DNA of 64,000 nucleotides, taken from IMG/VR virus record IMGVR_UViG_3300047551_002099, positions 15,811 through 79,810 of that record. One strand, written 5' to 3'. The translations under genes were made by a program, and so were the position numbers. Position 1 is the stretch's first letter. Every line of letters begins with the position of its first letter. Below, piece by piece: positions 51,101-55,154 of the stretch. A model generated the notes under the pieces. The model made no database searches. It saw only the letters and a program-made list of their open reading frames with translations, and had not been told where the DNA came from. Source of the stretch: a virus.

Positions 51101-53758
51101 ATAAATAATAAATACGTTCCTAAGGGAAACGTCGATAAAGACTCTATAGAAACACTAGAAGAGCAATACAACAAATTGTTCGGTGTCAATGTTGACGTTA
51201 GGGATAATAACGAAGAAGCAGTAGCCGGAACAGCGGCTTACTTCAGCAAAAAGAAAAATGAACCCTATATTTGGGTGTCGCCTACCTTAAAACAAGACCC
51301 TGACTTACTGAAGGTTATTTTACCTCATGAATACCTACATGCTACACAAGATGAGCATAAAGCAAAATCTAGTAAGATTACTAATGATAAAGACTACGCC
51401 AGTTATTTAATTAAAAATCTTAAGATTGCTGAGTCCCTTGAAAATCTAACTGCTGAGGAACGTTCACGTGTTTTACATGGGTCTATACTTTCTAGTGCTG
51501 TTTATTTAGCTAATGCAGTAAAAGCAACAAGCACTACAGACTTGCTTAATGTAATGGAGAGTATTGCTAAAGATAGAGAAAATAATAAGACGGAATTTGG
51601 TAGCAGGGGTTTAGCCTACAGCATACTTAGCGAATTGGCAGCTTACGGTCTACAAGAGTCTATTGCAAAGGCAAGTGGAAGCAAGACCCGCTTAACAGCT
51701 GAAAAGCCAGATGCAGATATGGCTTCTTATACCAGGCTTCTGTTCCGTATCATGAAAACTTACGGAGTAGATATAGAAAAAGACCTGCTTAAAGTCCCTA
51801 ATTCTAATAAGGTCAGTTCTAATCAAGGTGTGTTAATCGCTTCTGCCAGGGTGTCAGATATGGGTATGCCTATTATTGTGGCTGACTCAAGATTGAAACC
51901 TAAACAGAAGCCGGTTCCTGTATCTTTCCTACGTCAAGTTACTGGGGCTACTCTAGAGTCTCTTATCTATTCAGGTAAGGGTATTAATCAAAGCTCAATG
52001 AAGGTGCTTGAGCAGCGACTTAATAAACTGTTTAATACGCCCGGGCTCAAACTTCAATATGAATTCCGAGACGGTGGTGCTGGTTCTTACAGCTCTTATT
52101 ACAATCGAATTCGGGTTAACGCAAAGTATAACAACTCTGGAGATATCCCTTATATGGTTGATACCATAGTCCATGAATATACACATGCCCGCAACGACAG
52201 ACTGTCTAAACAGTATAGTGGTATCCAAAATCCTAAAGAGTATGCAGAAGCAATTAATAAAGCTTACAACATTAAAGCTCAGATGGATCAGCTTTCGGAT
52301 GCTGAAAGAAAGTCAATCTTTAATAGTGCCATTCTTTCGACTATTAGTTCGATTGAGCAAAGATTCGATGAAGTAGGCGCTAAAGAAGCTACTTCTTTTA
52401 TACAACTATTGGAAAGACCAGATTTAGCTAAAAACGATAAGGAACTCGCCAAGTTTTTAAATGAGTCTACTCGGTTTGTCTTTGAGCGTTTCTTAGACGA
52501 GATATCCGGGGCTGTGATGGGTGGTCAAGCTGCCAAGATTGTAGGTGGCAACATTGAAAAGTATGATCTTACTAAAGAAGAAGGACAATTTGCAGCGGTA
52601 CTAAATAAAGTTTTCAACGCCTACGGGTTTTCGTTGGCAGATAATGTTTATGGCGGTCCTGCCGGTGGAACTGCGGAACGAGGTATGCTACGCCGGATTG
52701 CCGAAAATATTCCTATTCTTGACCTGTTCTTTCCCCCTCCGGCTGTAGGGGCCACGGTTTCCCCGGTTAATGCCCGCAGACGGCTTAGTAAAGCTCAACG
52801 TGCAGCTGAAAGGAACAAGAACAATAAGGATAATGTAGTCTATAAAGAGCAAAGATTACCTTTATGGAACCCTAACGACATCTATACTGATTCGTCGGCG
52901 GTGCCTGACCCAACTTCTATCTATAACCGCTTACCTAAACCAAAGGCCCCTGCAACGGCCAGTAACGTCTGGGGAATGCCTGGACACCGCCCAGCCCCGA
53001 CGGGTAACTATCATGATTATGGTAAACGACCGCCTCAAAATCCAAACCCTGTATGGGGAGGCCCGGGTAGTCGTCCTGAACAGACAGGCAACTACCAAGA
53101 TTGGGAACGGATACCCCAACGCGACCGGCCTACGCCACCGGTACCTACAGTACCCGGACACCGCCCAGAGCCGTGGGATATTCTTCCTCCATTAGGGAAT
53201 ATCCCCGGCGCTGTGCATCCGTTGGATAAAGGTAGAAAGCAGAAAGATGACTTTAGCATTCTTTGGCAGAAACGTAAGCTTCCAGTACCGGCTCGCCCTA
53301 AACAATATCCTGAATCAATTAAAGACCAAATTAAGGTTGCTATTCCAGGTTTGATTGTTGCAACTGTTAGTGGTGGGGCTGTAGTAAAAGGGGGGTTAGA
53401 CGATGACTTAATCAGGTTTGCTCAAGAAGCTGAAGCGGCTGTGAATAGCGCGGCAGCAGCGGCTATCCAGTTGGTTCAACAGGCTCAAGAAGATAAGGCT
53501 AACGCTGTGTTATCTTTTGAGCACCCGATTACTGCCGCTGCTGTTCGCCCTATCTATCAAGTAGGTCAAGAGTTACGAACTAAGAAGCGGCAGTTAATGG
53601 CGGTGCCTGATAATCAAGACAACGCTATTTATATTAGCCAGCAGGTAACTGTCCATGCTATCCAAGCTCAGTTAGCTAACCGGGATGTCAAGGTGCCTGT
53701 TATTCCCCAAGATGAAGCAGCTTCCCAATCCCGAATACCTAATACTAGGGCCGACTAA
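30158..53758 (+). CDS. giant 7866-aa tape-measure/DNA-delivery-like protein with multiple peptidoglycan hydrolase domains
   Basis: Uninterrupted 23.6-kb ORF with a long Ala/Gly-rich body and many hydrophobic helices. SLT-like IMAFETDG...GATGLIQF (~47920-48360), M23-like HAGQD...HRE (~48460-48860), lysozyme-like KGEGG...GAVGFPQL (~49040-49700), second M23-like GH...QGNTGHATGPH (~49880-50290), RlpA/DPBB ATYY...VTDTG...LDLS (~50474-50776), HEYLH (51326) and HEYTH (52172). Confidence 0.8.
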   Translation: MIQYETSVDGRLKFTLNDQYREIARQESGGNMSLRGTTNREQSPYGVVAYKHDTRKYSDFVQGLENLDVIQFAAPFNNVQKSLSSQPNIATNILESAYENIGLVQRMFPSEVGMLMRTGKLKSLLHDQTYFKSTVQQPIGFYDQQETVIKNQYQASRHQNKDGSNPLIIGHDPLELQHAKSTEGLYSKERYQQIKEEFAAKGLKEPVPTGKAQFTGAMFTDLAVGGLSLSGSGGVLGQYEDYSIGFENPTIVDWISEFRKTGLEKEYFVRESEAARGVKVTGNLSIYEERNKQLRDVAEILKIVDPKGEKGLAQITVGSPSMDWNEFARDSSSKDARQKQSVGTFIKLLQETAKYGSKNVLIMDPSRINIPENEQRRLKRSTYIGKSIRGKAQHSNTMGITMRPITGLTPEQTKLLEAKGLLEKAKTGVHTLNVGNARPTGNYSINQEIIIDMNKADAATRAGAAFIEANIAASHVAFLPRRDIAKEGIAGSMLQQFYMPTFKDSQKSGFTQEGLLPNMPLSMPQSFFRYFKPGTRTHIYSDRYRALTGKYATGLQGDVLRELDAKLSDPGPGNQINYFLRQRDLYEPGKGIIGTAAATVGRFIDTATGFYTMQAIKARESGQLGGSLRELYEKRQYDPYDQTENRGFFENLLTKTAGTLSATTTAMAAYFGVTHAYTMARAQIEQVGVDYVLESIARGHTEGVKSLFITQLLDPSHQELILGASTIYNADIPHLTVRNTGTAMEAYFNLTVNRSLQALQHTQYAGIITDEMIEAVASSDTFGDFVITDSNVTRLNSQIMGDSFEAVMDPTSNKRTMAAVVTRKLSQKLAALPEGAVISESTITPLIDDIYKEMGIDRQSGLIDLGRGTDSLDIKRGTQPAGFSNLAGVRRMDSSNLQHMFLPLLDDMVFDKGAKKYQSAKQNLLRLAQSTPALTYKNTANNIAAASDLRIYNYGYERMRQLAEVFDELATHLPANPLMWIKPIREVFAGSPTTGATTEQTIEHGAITTTRASFKDLIGPGFTGLINIQGEIVREVGRSMKVGLTQQLKDKFELLQTSRAVERSEADLVKQVARHGDVESFINTIWGNDVGDSMFLGHVNRQRRYNQLLRNQRKDYDELLNADTANPAFSGLRKALLGVGTVMIVDRLFDAYVLRPQGVDYFDSVMSDVIGSRSPKAGSEEDAKWQSLYDTEYSNAIPSIIKYPAAAAGFFVGGHLLPSYEATDSLVYEAVSKKYGVAAVNTLMSEAAGAASDDVADALRLSPKVIRSKFGTAGALLGASAALIGSQLAVNYLSAISKPVIRGLDNLFGGRWREEESGLDVDPVKGTAASALANIVQYSVQRQSVNYQKGWGATAEDKTDVYLLNLAAQGLMQSRSKPTQMFYPFATQIASPFFQFATVAKVDPGKNIIQLNTGFQLFPLLGAGLMLPSPITPKVQYTAPLSNRAIANYLKNYPEGIIMPGQPSTMAQHQETEAFVNMQELSKTGSMLLGGGVNLSFDGKPLVYMAMLGAASEFAKSGVDRFLAYKAEEQKWLYEKRQPLYRELQNYETLFHAGRVGLDTLDRVSRAAYSLSVIMPNYLAKAGSAFLGASGGTMHQLGPFARKAAPFALAFGLLGASFRLNDKAMESELPNYSRLQTMFKQKQYEGLTHEMIKADAINIGQVFVGTGLLGTTILSTGAFESARSFGNAYNIVEAGGPSTYIQRQKHKLYSMWLEHLQNQGEVLMPSLEGQTVTSLSKRSVATAEQALGVYGEINQAVGRAGQMQRRHLMKAASQIDLPLIRTAPTRLAMAARRVAPVMVGALAVAQVLATTEGFKDSPWLSLLKNFTSTGSSEYSSEQRAMLTKLGINQPRYQPKNLGDAFNNVRDYVVSSALLPFGGNTFGVYQDNPNPFSPIIGPLGLSLGSEDEARVYSQSQSVAADISGSLYLMPAMTNELANAMNLGPLLSYAKKLEKRPGAASLAKALIRGAGLRTKAAKFKGGPSQSDMQAVSSPELQMALTRRYDRLRNLSWQTSGELMMDVIGEFQRSGRIISDYRDGRIDGTPLNKTTAADTMIYDTLGKMRIVPIGSDGSFRLPKKTTERDLLKFIRTMTAQGAGFGEGVRLEASEDPADIMYGRSQDRGGIPVLSYFGGLFNYAFNSFYDKDTDLLTPDSSNIVGATLMAGSALVLGASFIGTSVSTVIQLAGSLAALSEYGTISDAKTSVRDLRMSVVKKLKQSSFALSSGGGPAIIRPRAHGYSRVLTPAHDIAEETLEQINLKFTGNTAFNRYTSGNALETIVTEEFGNVSRKLANQYSTVESLSDFIVQEVDVLNAQLGDQLNVVVGGESKSIASIFTPGSEAIQGIDSKALTEINQILVSGKHKQTQALEIERVLLNSFHRNLGLITAEGQFVNDGKLPAHQQSAKTQYAKEAAKQAVEQQAAALTGEVTPTYDPSIGFLRSKIQEKGYSGLIAEGTGGALRAAGELINLKAYYEVLSYTAAMGTTDQFERRRASQAAAQNTVQAFGLIIPMQYALGAVRRHPAIAMTVALGAAVAGGVALQNKGFRRFLEKTTRPVFSFLDTYAYKPAVQGLAGMYEGLAKFTPLPQLLRPVTAIFDPIFSGMRRAVQDDPALSMLANFFVPEGVEDFYRRNALLKTRMTPWGDSYEMYSKAEVGQYRAARLTAKRRRARTAQAGIDEDLLHPFLMGRSADVQSISLFEERYLGGDGRIMEQFQTERLTSNLMMMAIRRRQGLVDQHVGGSYMRQPYYKENVHHHFATVAALGTYSYAQTGDVFSAPVNQATRGLEKLYNLHAEIMNRLGPEAGPIIKRTLAGAALGYLAGAQFSHFGETEDERRRNAAIGGLAGSAIGGSTTLFLGPHFAARTEYILSRLGRNPFFRGIAGKAVAFGSAVGNVAKATFKGLGAFANKSFPYASFWGLSTAATYSNYDAAVNWVDGEDPAKKHPLYNPWVKLGISTGVGAVVTLAGYGAAGSQFTSGALAAGIGKSAAALGTAGGYGANWLLSSFLINFMLSNPYTGAAPRALAKTIYDRFGLGRDEDFGNFYNTGVLTSAAVVGSVTPWLSQKTHEDYITRLQRQLGYTDVDADGRAQRAVAELDELKRVLAAVEGTSGAVVAASPESKLQQLGIAPLVGPYNHEYVDEVIQQGIAEKRGRMSLVESLIDAQVQRGFLHNTLRSTKGILKATGHIGTLGFGYVLKGLAKTRRNLGLGFTIMGAGTAGGYLFSQLTANDTDSGAQLETTVSTLGGTYIAAGLYGAFGRHPDQVDVAGTQVIQRLTNWYTQKFGAGPDAPRYQPFRAAWRSLPRKFRRNTRYNFNRGWTWLKERFRDPRSSEAFPDGFTFGRSNFGQQFMQLKDKALPVAAFSIDVLNLYTSTSQINNLKYARSQADFMKAYSSYSSVVATTTFTSLMSLFARNASFSSFAMSTLQMSQISYAAGMRRSDYEYANAVDDPTAFQADKQKDFLMAGGVAGLSLVSAATSYARAGNQLPFQSRIAATLGRRVPFVLQGGSKFAAIADFAALPVAQTAVTGYEIQRIASDRNQKFGYSTNVATDAARNQVDLWAAFLFSVSAMALSRRPTTNSGLWFGKVIPGLTTGGVALAKDAFVPRLQYKLTERFREAGITNTYAQNVITRKAAKSASDNYWLTLGLSTAAAGAIFVLSRGRASKPMLLSLPAVTTSGVALYNYESTLSSEIEKRKAAGLGGLTKDDMVAYREWQQSGAIIPEAWKDSNQYRNWMIHRKDQQRRWDNFSANFFKSNRSFEGLGTQRIQNDWMISKDVLRANAEKMHSKALGKYESNPWATGSAVAGGGVLLGMMLRAQPHRMDGLAVGESFLDKKHIGKLAKFGIGELILPAVAVARKLSTDAEIRKLATRSLSPDVDGEIQFARASADISRMRDVVWQETLLAQMPLGGQSLLGRVTRHAVAHGIGKVIFDFNLNPMLLDLEQKEMLKYVRESRDKNLLTTERMQRALKAQANTNAGTIPALGLTALQMIATGRTNPMLLITGFKDSVLTYVGVKTALQSAIGKKRAVNVLLNKGNTVTGAVPDPTGASNIRAAGVSKEDEESNIVSDYFTNQFMLTTALPRLVPTLVGAGLSMWLNRRAWKHMKGATAKEAPKVEVVEPTQLPVEPEIVTPKPPGGTASKTITTTVHGEPGVTVGPSEPLKPVSTEAVVEPVKPVQPTPPAPTASPKPPQITPTVEPVVSAEPPPVASRQVISKVNPDVITSSGESGSVGLEEQTQNLLNQLRQQDSNPTGINKSKAALNTINNTPVETRQTVAQVTIQRSVHSTEMDSFILDTPDQTKIEKLVNQMRQVQTAFNSLSGQLEPVIRQKTGKDAAQGVIDVWQKRIDQLVEKISASTTNYDALTTYSRFLIELEGSFFMEGNDHFSPLHQGKIGGPVSGFGQANLALLQSALKAPFVQSQQLAFDLYGLSPTQDFTPGMPMPNDTMGLWVFGYVEGSGVDGSGKRDGGVRWNSEAGTSSNFVTLLNRGYHINLYPIIPAEVVTTKPISAPDIKPARPGQSRRLKRNYISPRGVKINKYRDPDSFRQQQASEAQSLSSEKLQANRLNSASSGSVNANSINKTYLETYKESKRQALSTAKTFVSTLSNNELTDFIEDMKSSVEELRSKGLSNLSSDEVNTYGLYSGNLQAAQLDQRRRQQLKPKSQAVEIFKHIRNSVTQDAFNYVITLNDSDLDSFIDETQAKVSQLQQKGFNAFTLEEAADYGMEVGRLRVAKAAKTHRSLEDNTSSTKSSSKQVINKVTNPEPTPAPTVTTPPAPEPIGPGKIETVASAPEITPKPLEQPTPPMLMDMVYGKAKESVTGVISKAKEIGQPFVSKVGQVARGTANQAWDGWTIFDRLEGVDARFGNQGIGGGAGFWTRFGQSAKYELSGRGIVEGGFGIGRNAQTGKVGIQGKGGAMAVAGMGLQLADDILTLDWSRKNFAKSLGTVAKNQATSLAAGVAFGLATAGLGALALSSVPALAALGVVGSAALMGYGIYSLADQGFKVGGKAWEKFVLKRKRTVEEQKAYEQQSQVLSMGFGVGTFVYAGYNQIKSLQGARQAASVVNQAPVVPTVPVRQAVDVIDDVAPRAPVSPARSGAVLKTAVPAAVATPKPNMLGATGKSFARNLNPRSLVKNPLAWLTVAEAGIGAVDDMYVKKKSWQKTLVNRGGQLAFGLLASAAVGTAMGALVALGVITMPAWLTTALVIGGLAATAWAVAPQVASIYGKVKEDFSSQLEDSKTIASRMDLNSREQASARISSSVALRSDATTSIKVNARASRDFVGYGDRRGANKELDLLGSPVAEFSPIPHVPLPSSQQVINQVNKPNRTTPAVVPIKPRSQQNITFIHKESISDSDVQGYLVGKTVTRDFDNITYDNSGFNTALYEGARYRKGSISGAVYLGPLGVNSSNAKGEGFARYYDKDSKYQFEVDTKTNKIFKIFPSGSKKTLSLPTGVEFIQTTEPGVTNTRRIIEEINNSNRRVVGIIGHGFLTTGYSTYRQKDGSYKEARIGKEEALRMSGVYVDAKGVTNIVHGLTEEKLAQLKRDKVKSVSLFGIKPVESGKHRYNRAFLVTSKKGEVQYVYLPQEVRHEDTRKYIKKQVPNYKDIVQFDGDTFAGYSLTDPKTGKAVPESRGKVPYMWAQPIFLTVPDSSVRKKDSSSKDNSLIREAAANRIGELKSEMTEEKLIQKGYTGTKLEAVKVLQGLDSDLAAGIAYLYGDVARVNKADLLNPDILNEALGKPLASMFSRGAQKVWTSGKEWLSGVGQSLTNSLTRAPIIGDLFFTPAAKAGEIPYDLMSQRQRQEAVDKEVKRRSAGSQYNLKAIQGKEQKVAKQIERPRAWWRSEDEEVPWWQKLFNLAAGAVSVTISGIGSLLKRTWNFLYKTGASISQGLSQALGGVAGEVMGPAGMIMPVMSAYQPNLTPEFREAINKTAANIGIPAEWLIGIMAFETDGTFNPAEPNKMGSGATGLIQFTPATARNMFGKSTAEMAKMSQIEQLKYVEKYFKAQVGKKKLTTFTDAYMAVLWPAAIGKGDNYTLFKRGTDAYTQNAPLDINKDGRVTAGEASAKAKAWLPGAQRTSYAIVGGAFGLGPNRVTETYITEKRGVSDQWGGPRGGRKHAGQDFNVQKNTPSQTYLGGIITRVAYQAGADLYNNYIDIYNPQLGVVERIAEFGNRRFTEKDIGKYIPPGTVVGIGSTSGPSVVHREIRTDLNAQKQGGFGYKGTVDYLKYLEERGIIRVEQIKGSPAKKVIPLASPIVLQSSSGQTQSQQVINQVQGPSTQSVSSPQVRKQLVSSLKTSSFTPLLNLMFKGEGGIESINVIRRNGDRTSNYSSTFQQQFGKSAADTTLGEIRARQRQRGTVTKTLKDGRKVSYDEIGAVGFPQLIGATLNDAMYALGFSETRKFNQQTQEQLFKYLVIIKRANLGAYLLGLEGSSLKEARQDLAREIASVPLVYPEAPLAQLQSSRISNIKDEWKANQQRQAGQSLYHGISGNVARVSGAEADKAIEQTRQLIAKDPALKAFLQKQYQEQQRLLAQQSAYQQQQSQRNVSYVPGVGAGRSKIVTNPASGVVTFRNDPDSREFVTGSDIQIGGIRNGVPIWNPIQGLTQVKPNSFQGRGRGRGGDGWGNVTRYRIDLGNNRVVEMLVGHGDRPFENYMGQGGLVPFALLGYQGNTGHATGPHATTSYKPVKGTNATAADARLVERMVQNAWTSKGSWVRVNGEWRLVKLNQAQQMGLLNGTQPSVQPSQTVKPQPVSQPARSQQQLKQSYQPAGDFKQVKATYYDPGFHGKRTAFGTIYNQNEMTVAVPRDRHNRPIIPFGTILEVVNPANGRRVYVKVTDTGSFGSMGRGLDLSLAAAQALGTIQAGVANVRYRVVKSAPSTKPQQKQQKGPVLNLPTIKPADYIPLVPTAPPPPSPSQPKKKKFNLLDPSTWLRSETPTDQAISASVMPSKMPSNVRQLRSAIPTAPVMLAQNKSTFIDDIIQINNKYVPKGNVDKDSIETLEEQYNKLFGVNVDVRDNNEEAVAGTAAYFSKKKNEPYIWVSPTLKQDPDLLKVILPHEYLHATQDEHKAKSSKITNDKDYASYLIKNLKIAESLENLTAEERSRVLHGSILSSAVYLANAVKATSTTDLLNVMESIAKDRENNKTEFGSRGLAYSILSELAAYGLQESIAKASGSKTRLTAEKPDADMASYTRLLFRIMKTYGVDIEKDLLKVPNSNKVSSNQGVLIASARVSDMGMPIIVADSRLKPKQKPVPVSFLRQVTGATLESLIYSGKGINQSSMKVLEQRLNKLFNTPGLKLQYEFRDGGAGSYSSYYNRIRVNAKYNNSGDIPYMVDTIVHEYTHARNDRLSKQYSGIQNPKEYAEAINKAYNIKAQMDQLSDAERKSIFNSAILSTISSIEQRFDEVGAKEATSFIQLLERPDLAKNDKELAKFLNESTRFVFERFLDEISGAVMGGQAAKIVGGNIEKYDLTKEEGQFAAVLNKVFNAYGFSLADNVYGGPAGGTAERGMLRRIAENIPILDLFFPPPAVGATVSPVNARRRLSKAQRAAERNKNNKDNVVYKEQRLPLWNPNDIYTDSSAVPDPTSIYNRLPKPKAPATASNVWGMPGHRPAPTGNYHDYGKRPPQNPNPVWGGPGSRPEQTGNYQDWERIPQRDRPTPPVPTVPGHRPEPWDILPPLGNIPGAVHPLDKGRKQKDDFSILWQKRKLPVPARPKQYPESIKDQIKVAIPGLIVATVSGGAVVKGGLDDDLIRFAQEAEAAVNSAAAAAIQLVQQAQEDKANAVLSFEHPITAAAVRPIYQVGQELRTKKRQLMAVPDNQDNAIYISQQVTVHAIQAQLANRDVKVPVIPQDEAASQSRIPNTRAD

Positions 53759-54224
53759 CTTTATCTTTAGTTTTAGGCTTCTTTTTACTACTTTCAATAT
53801 GCTTAGTCGCTTGACTAGATATACCTAACTGCTCAGGAGTTAAATTACCTCTAGTTAGGGCGTCGGCGATGTTATGCTCCCGGGGAATCCACTGCATACT
53901 CCAACTCTCGAAGCAGCTAAGTAGGTCTTTTGCGTAGGTGAGGGCAATATATAAATGAGCTTGTTTGGTGTTCCAATCACCATTAGAGCACTTAACTACT
54001 AGGTCGCTATCGCCATAGATTTCGATATGCTGAACGCCCATTTGAATAGCTTTGGTTAGTCCTAGGATTAACCCACCGAACTCAGCGCTGTTGTTGGTGC
54101 CTGTGCCCATGAACTGGGAGTATTCGTGTTTTGTATCGTCTGGGGTGATTAAGACAGCGCCAGCGGTGCAATGGCCCGGGTTACTCGGTGCTGCGCTGCC
54201 ATCAAAGAATAGAATTGCTTTCAT
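53745..54224 (-). CDS. rnhA: ribonuclease HI
   Basis: FFDGS, TNNSAEF, GDSDLVV and WIPREHNIADAL carry the D-E-D-D catalytic set. Confidence 0.92.
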   Translation of the reverse strand: MKAILFFDGSAAPSNPGHCTAGAVLITPDDTKHEYSQFMGTGTNNSAEFGGLILGLTKAIQMGVQHIEIYGDSDLVVKCSNGDWNTKQAHLYIALTYAKDLLSCFESWSMQWIPREHNIADALTRGNLTPEQLGISSQATKHIESSKKKPKTKDKVSRP

Positions 54225-54236
54225 AAGCCTCCGAAG

Positions 54237-54278
54237 AAAAAAAATAAAGCCTGCTATCCTATTATATCAAGCAGGCTT
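54237..54278 (-). terminator. intrinsic terminator after the SH3 gene, with an extended -10 (TGATATAAT) inside the hairpin
   Basis: Minus strand AAGCCTGCT-TGATATAATAGGAT-AGCAGGCTT followed by TATTTTTTTT. TGnTATAAT at 54269-54261 points at rnhA. Confidence 0.7.
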
Positions 54279-54286
54279 GGTGTTAC

Positions 54287-54580
54287 TTAATCAGCGCTAA
54301 CGCAGATATAGTCGTCACGTACCCAACCGGTGCGACCACCATAGGTCTGCACAGCAGTCCAATACATGCCGTTGACGGGTACGCTACGGACTGGGGTGAT
54401 AATATTTCCGGCATATAGCTTAGCTAGGCTACGAGCGCTTGTGGAAGGCGCTGAGCGGAGATGTACAAAGCTGCCTGGGTCATTAACACAGATATAAGCA
54501 GTTGGCCGAGCGTAGACACCGGGTACTGGAACGTAGCCTGGTCCGACTTGAGCTTGCGTCAGGAGTAAGAGTTCTAACAT
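54287..54580 (-). CDS. SH3b-domain protein with short hydrophobic leader
   Basis: VHLRSAPSTSARSLAKLYAG...WTAVQTYGGRTGWVRDDYI is a bacterial SH3 consensus. Confidence 0.85.
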   Translation of the reverse strand: MLELLLLTQAQVGPGYVPVPGVYARPTAYICVNDPGSFVHLRSAPSTSARSLAKLYAGNIITPVRSVPVNGMYWTAVQTYGGRTGWVRDDYICVSAD

Positions 54581-55128
54581 TAGATACTGACCTCTAATAA
54601 TTGAATGTTGTAGCGACTGATGAGCTTATACAGCAGGTCGCGGTCAGCCACAGTAGTTGTGGCAATACAGCCTGCGGTGCCGTCTTCTTTGCGGTTCTTT
54701 TCAAAGGATGGGTCAACATGGAAGCCTAATGCAGAACGACCGGTGTTGAACAGCGGGGTAATGTCTAGAAACTTACCGCCGACTTCGTGTTCACTACTGG
54801 TGCGGGCGTAACGATTAACTCGATAGCGACCGTTAGGTGGCGGGGCTTCTGTTCCAGCGACGTGGCGGTTTTTAGATTGGGTATGAGCGCGCCCAGCTAC
54901 GGTTTCAAACTCCGCCATTACTACTCCGCTGACAATAACGGTCAGCTTATAGATGGGATTGCCGAACTTGTTTACTGTCCCGCTAGGGGTTAGCACCAGC
55001 TTAGTAACGGCTTCTTTTGTTGGAGCAGCACTAATCGGTGGTGGGATAACCTCTATGGGTTGAGAAGGAGTTGGAGTAGCCCCGCAGGCTCCCAGACTTA
55101 TTAACGCGAGTAATAGAATTGCTTTCAT
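54580..55128 (-). CDS. lipoprotein with L,D-transpeptidase (YkuD/Tlde1-like) catalytic motif
   Basis: Lipobox LGAC, PPPNGRYRV, and the H-x14-GC motif GFHVD...GTAGCI. Confidence 0.7.
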   Translation of the reverse strand: MKAILLLALISLGACGATPTPSQPIEVIPPPISAAPTKEAVTKLVLTPSGTVNKFGNPIYKLTVIVSGVVMAEFETVAGRAHTQSKNRHVAGTEAPPPNGRYRVNRYARTSSEHEVGGKFLDITPLFNTGRSALGFHVDPSFEKNRKEDGTAGCIATTTVADRDLLYKLISRYNIQLLEVSI

Positions 55129-55154
55129 TTTTGAACTTGATGTGGTTAACTAAG

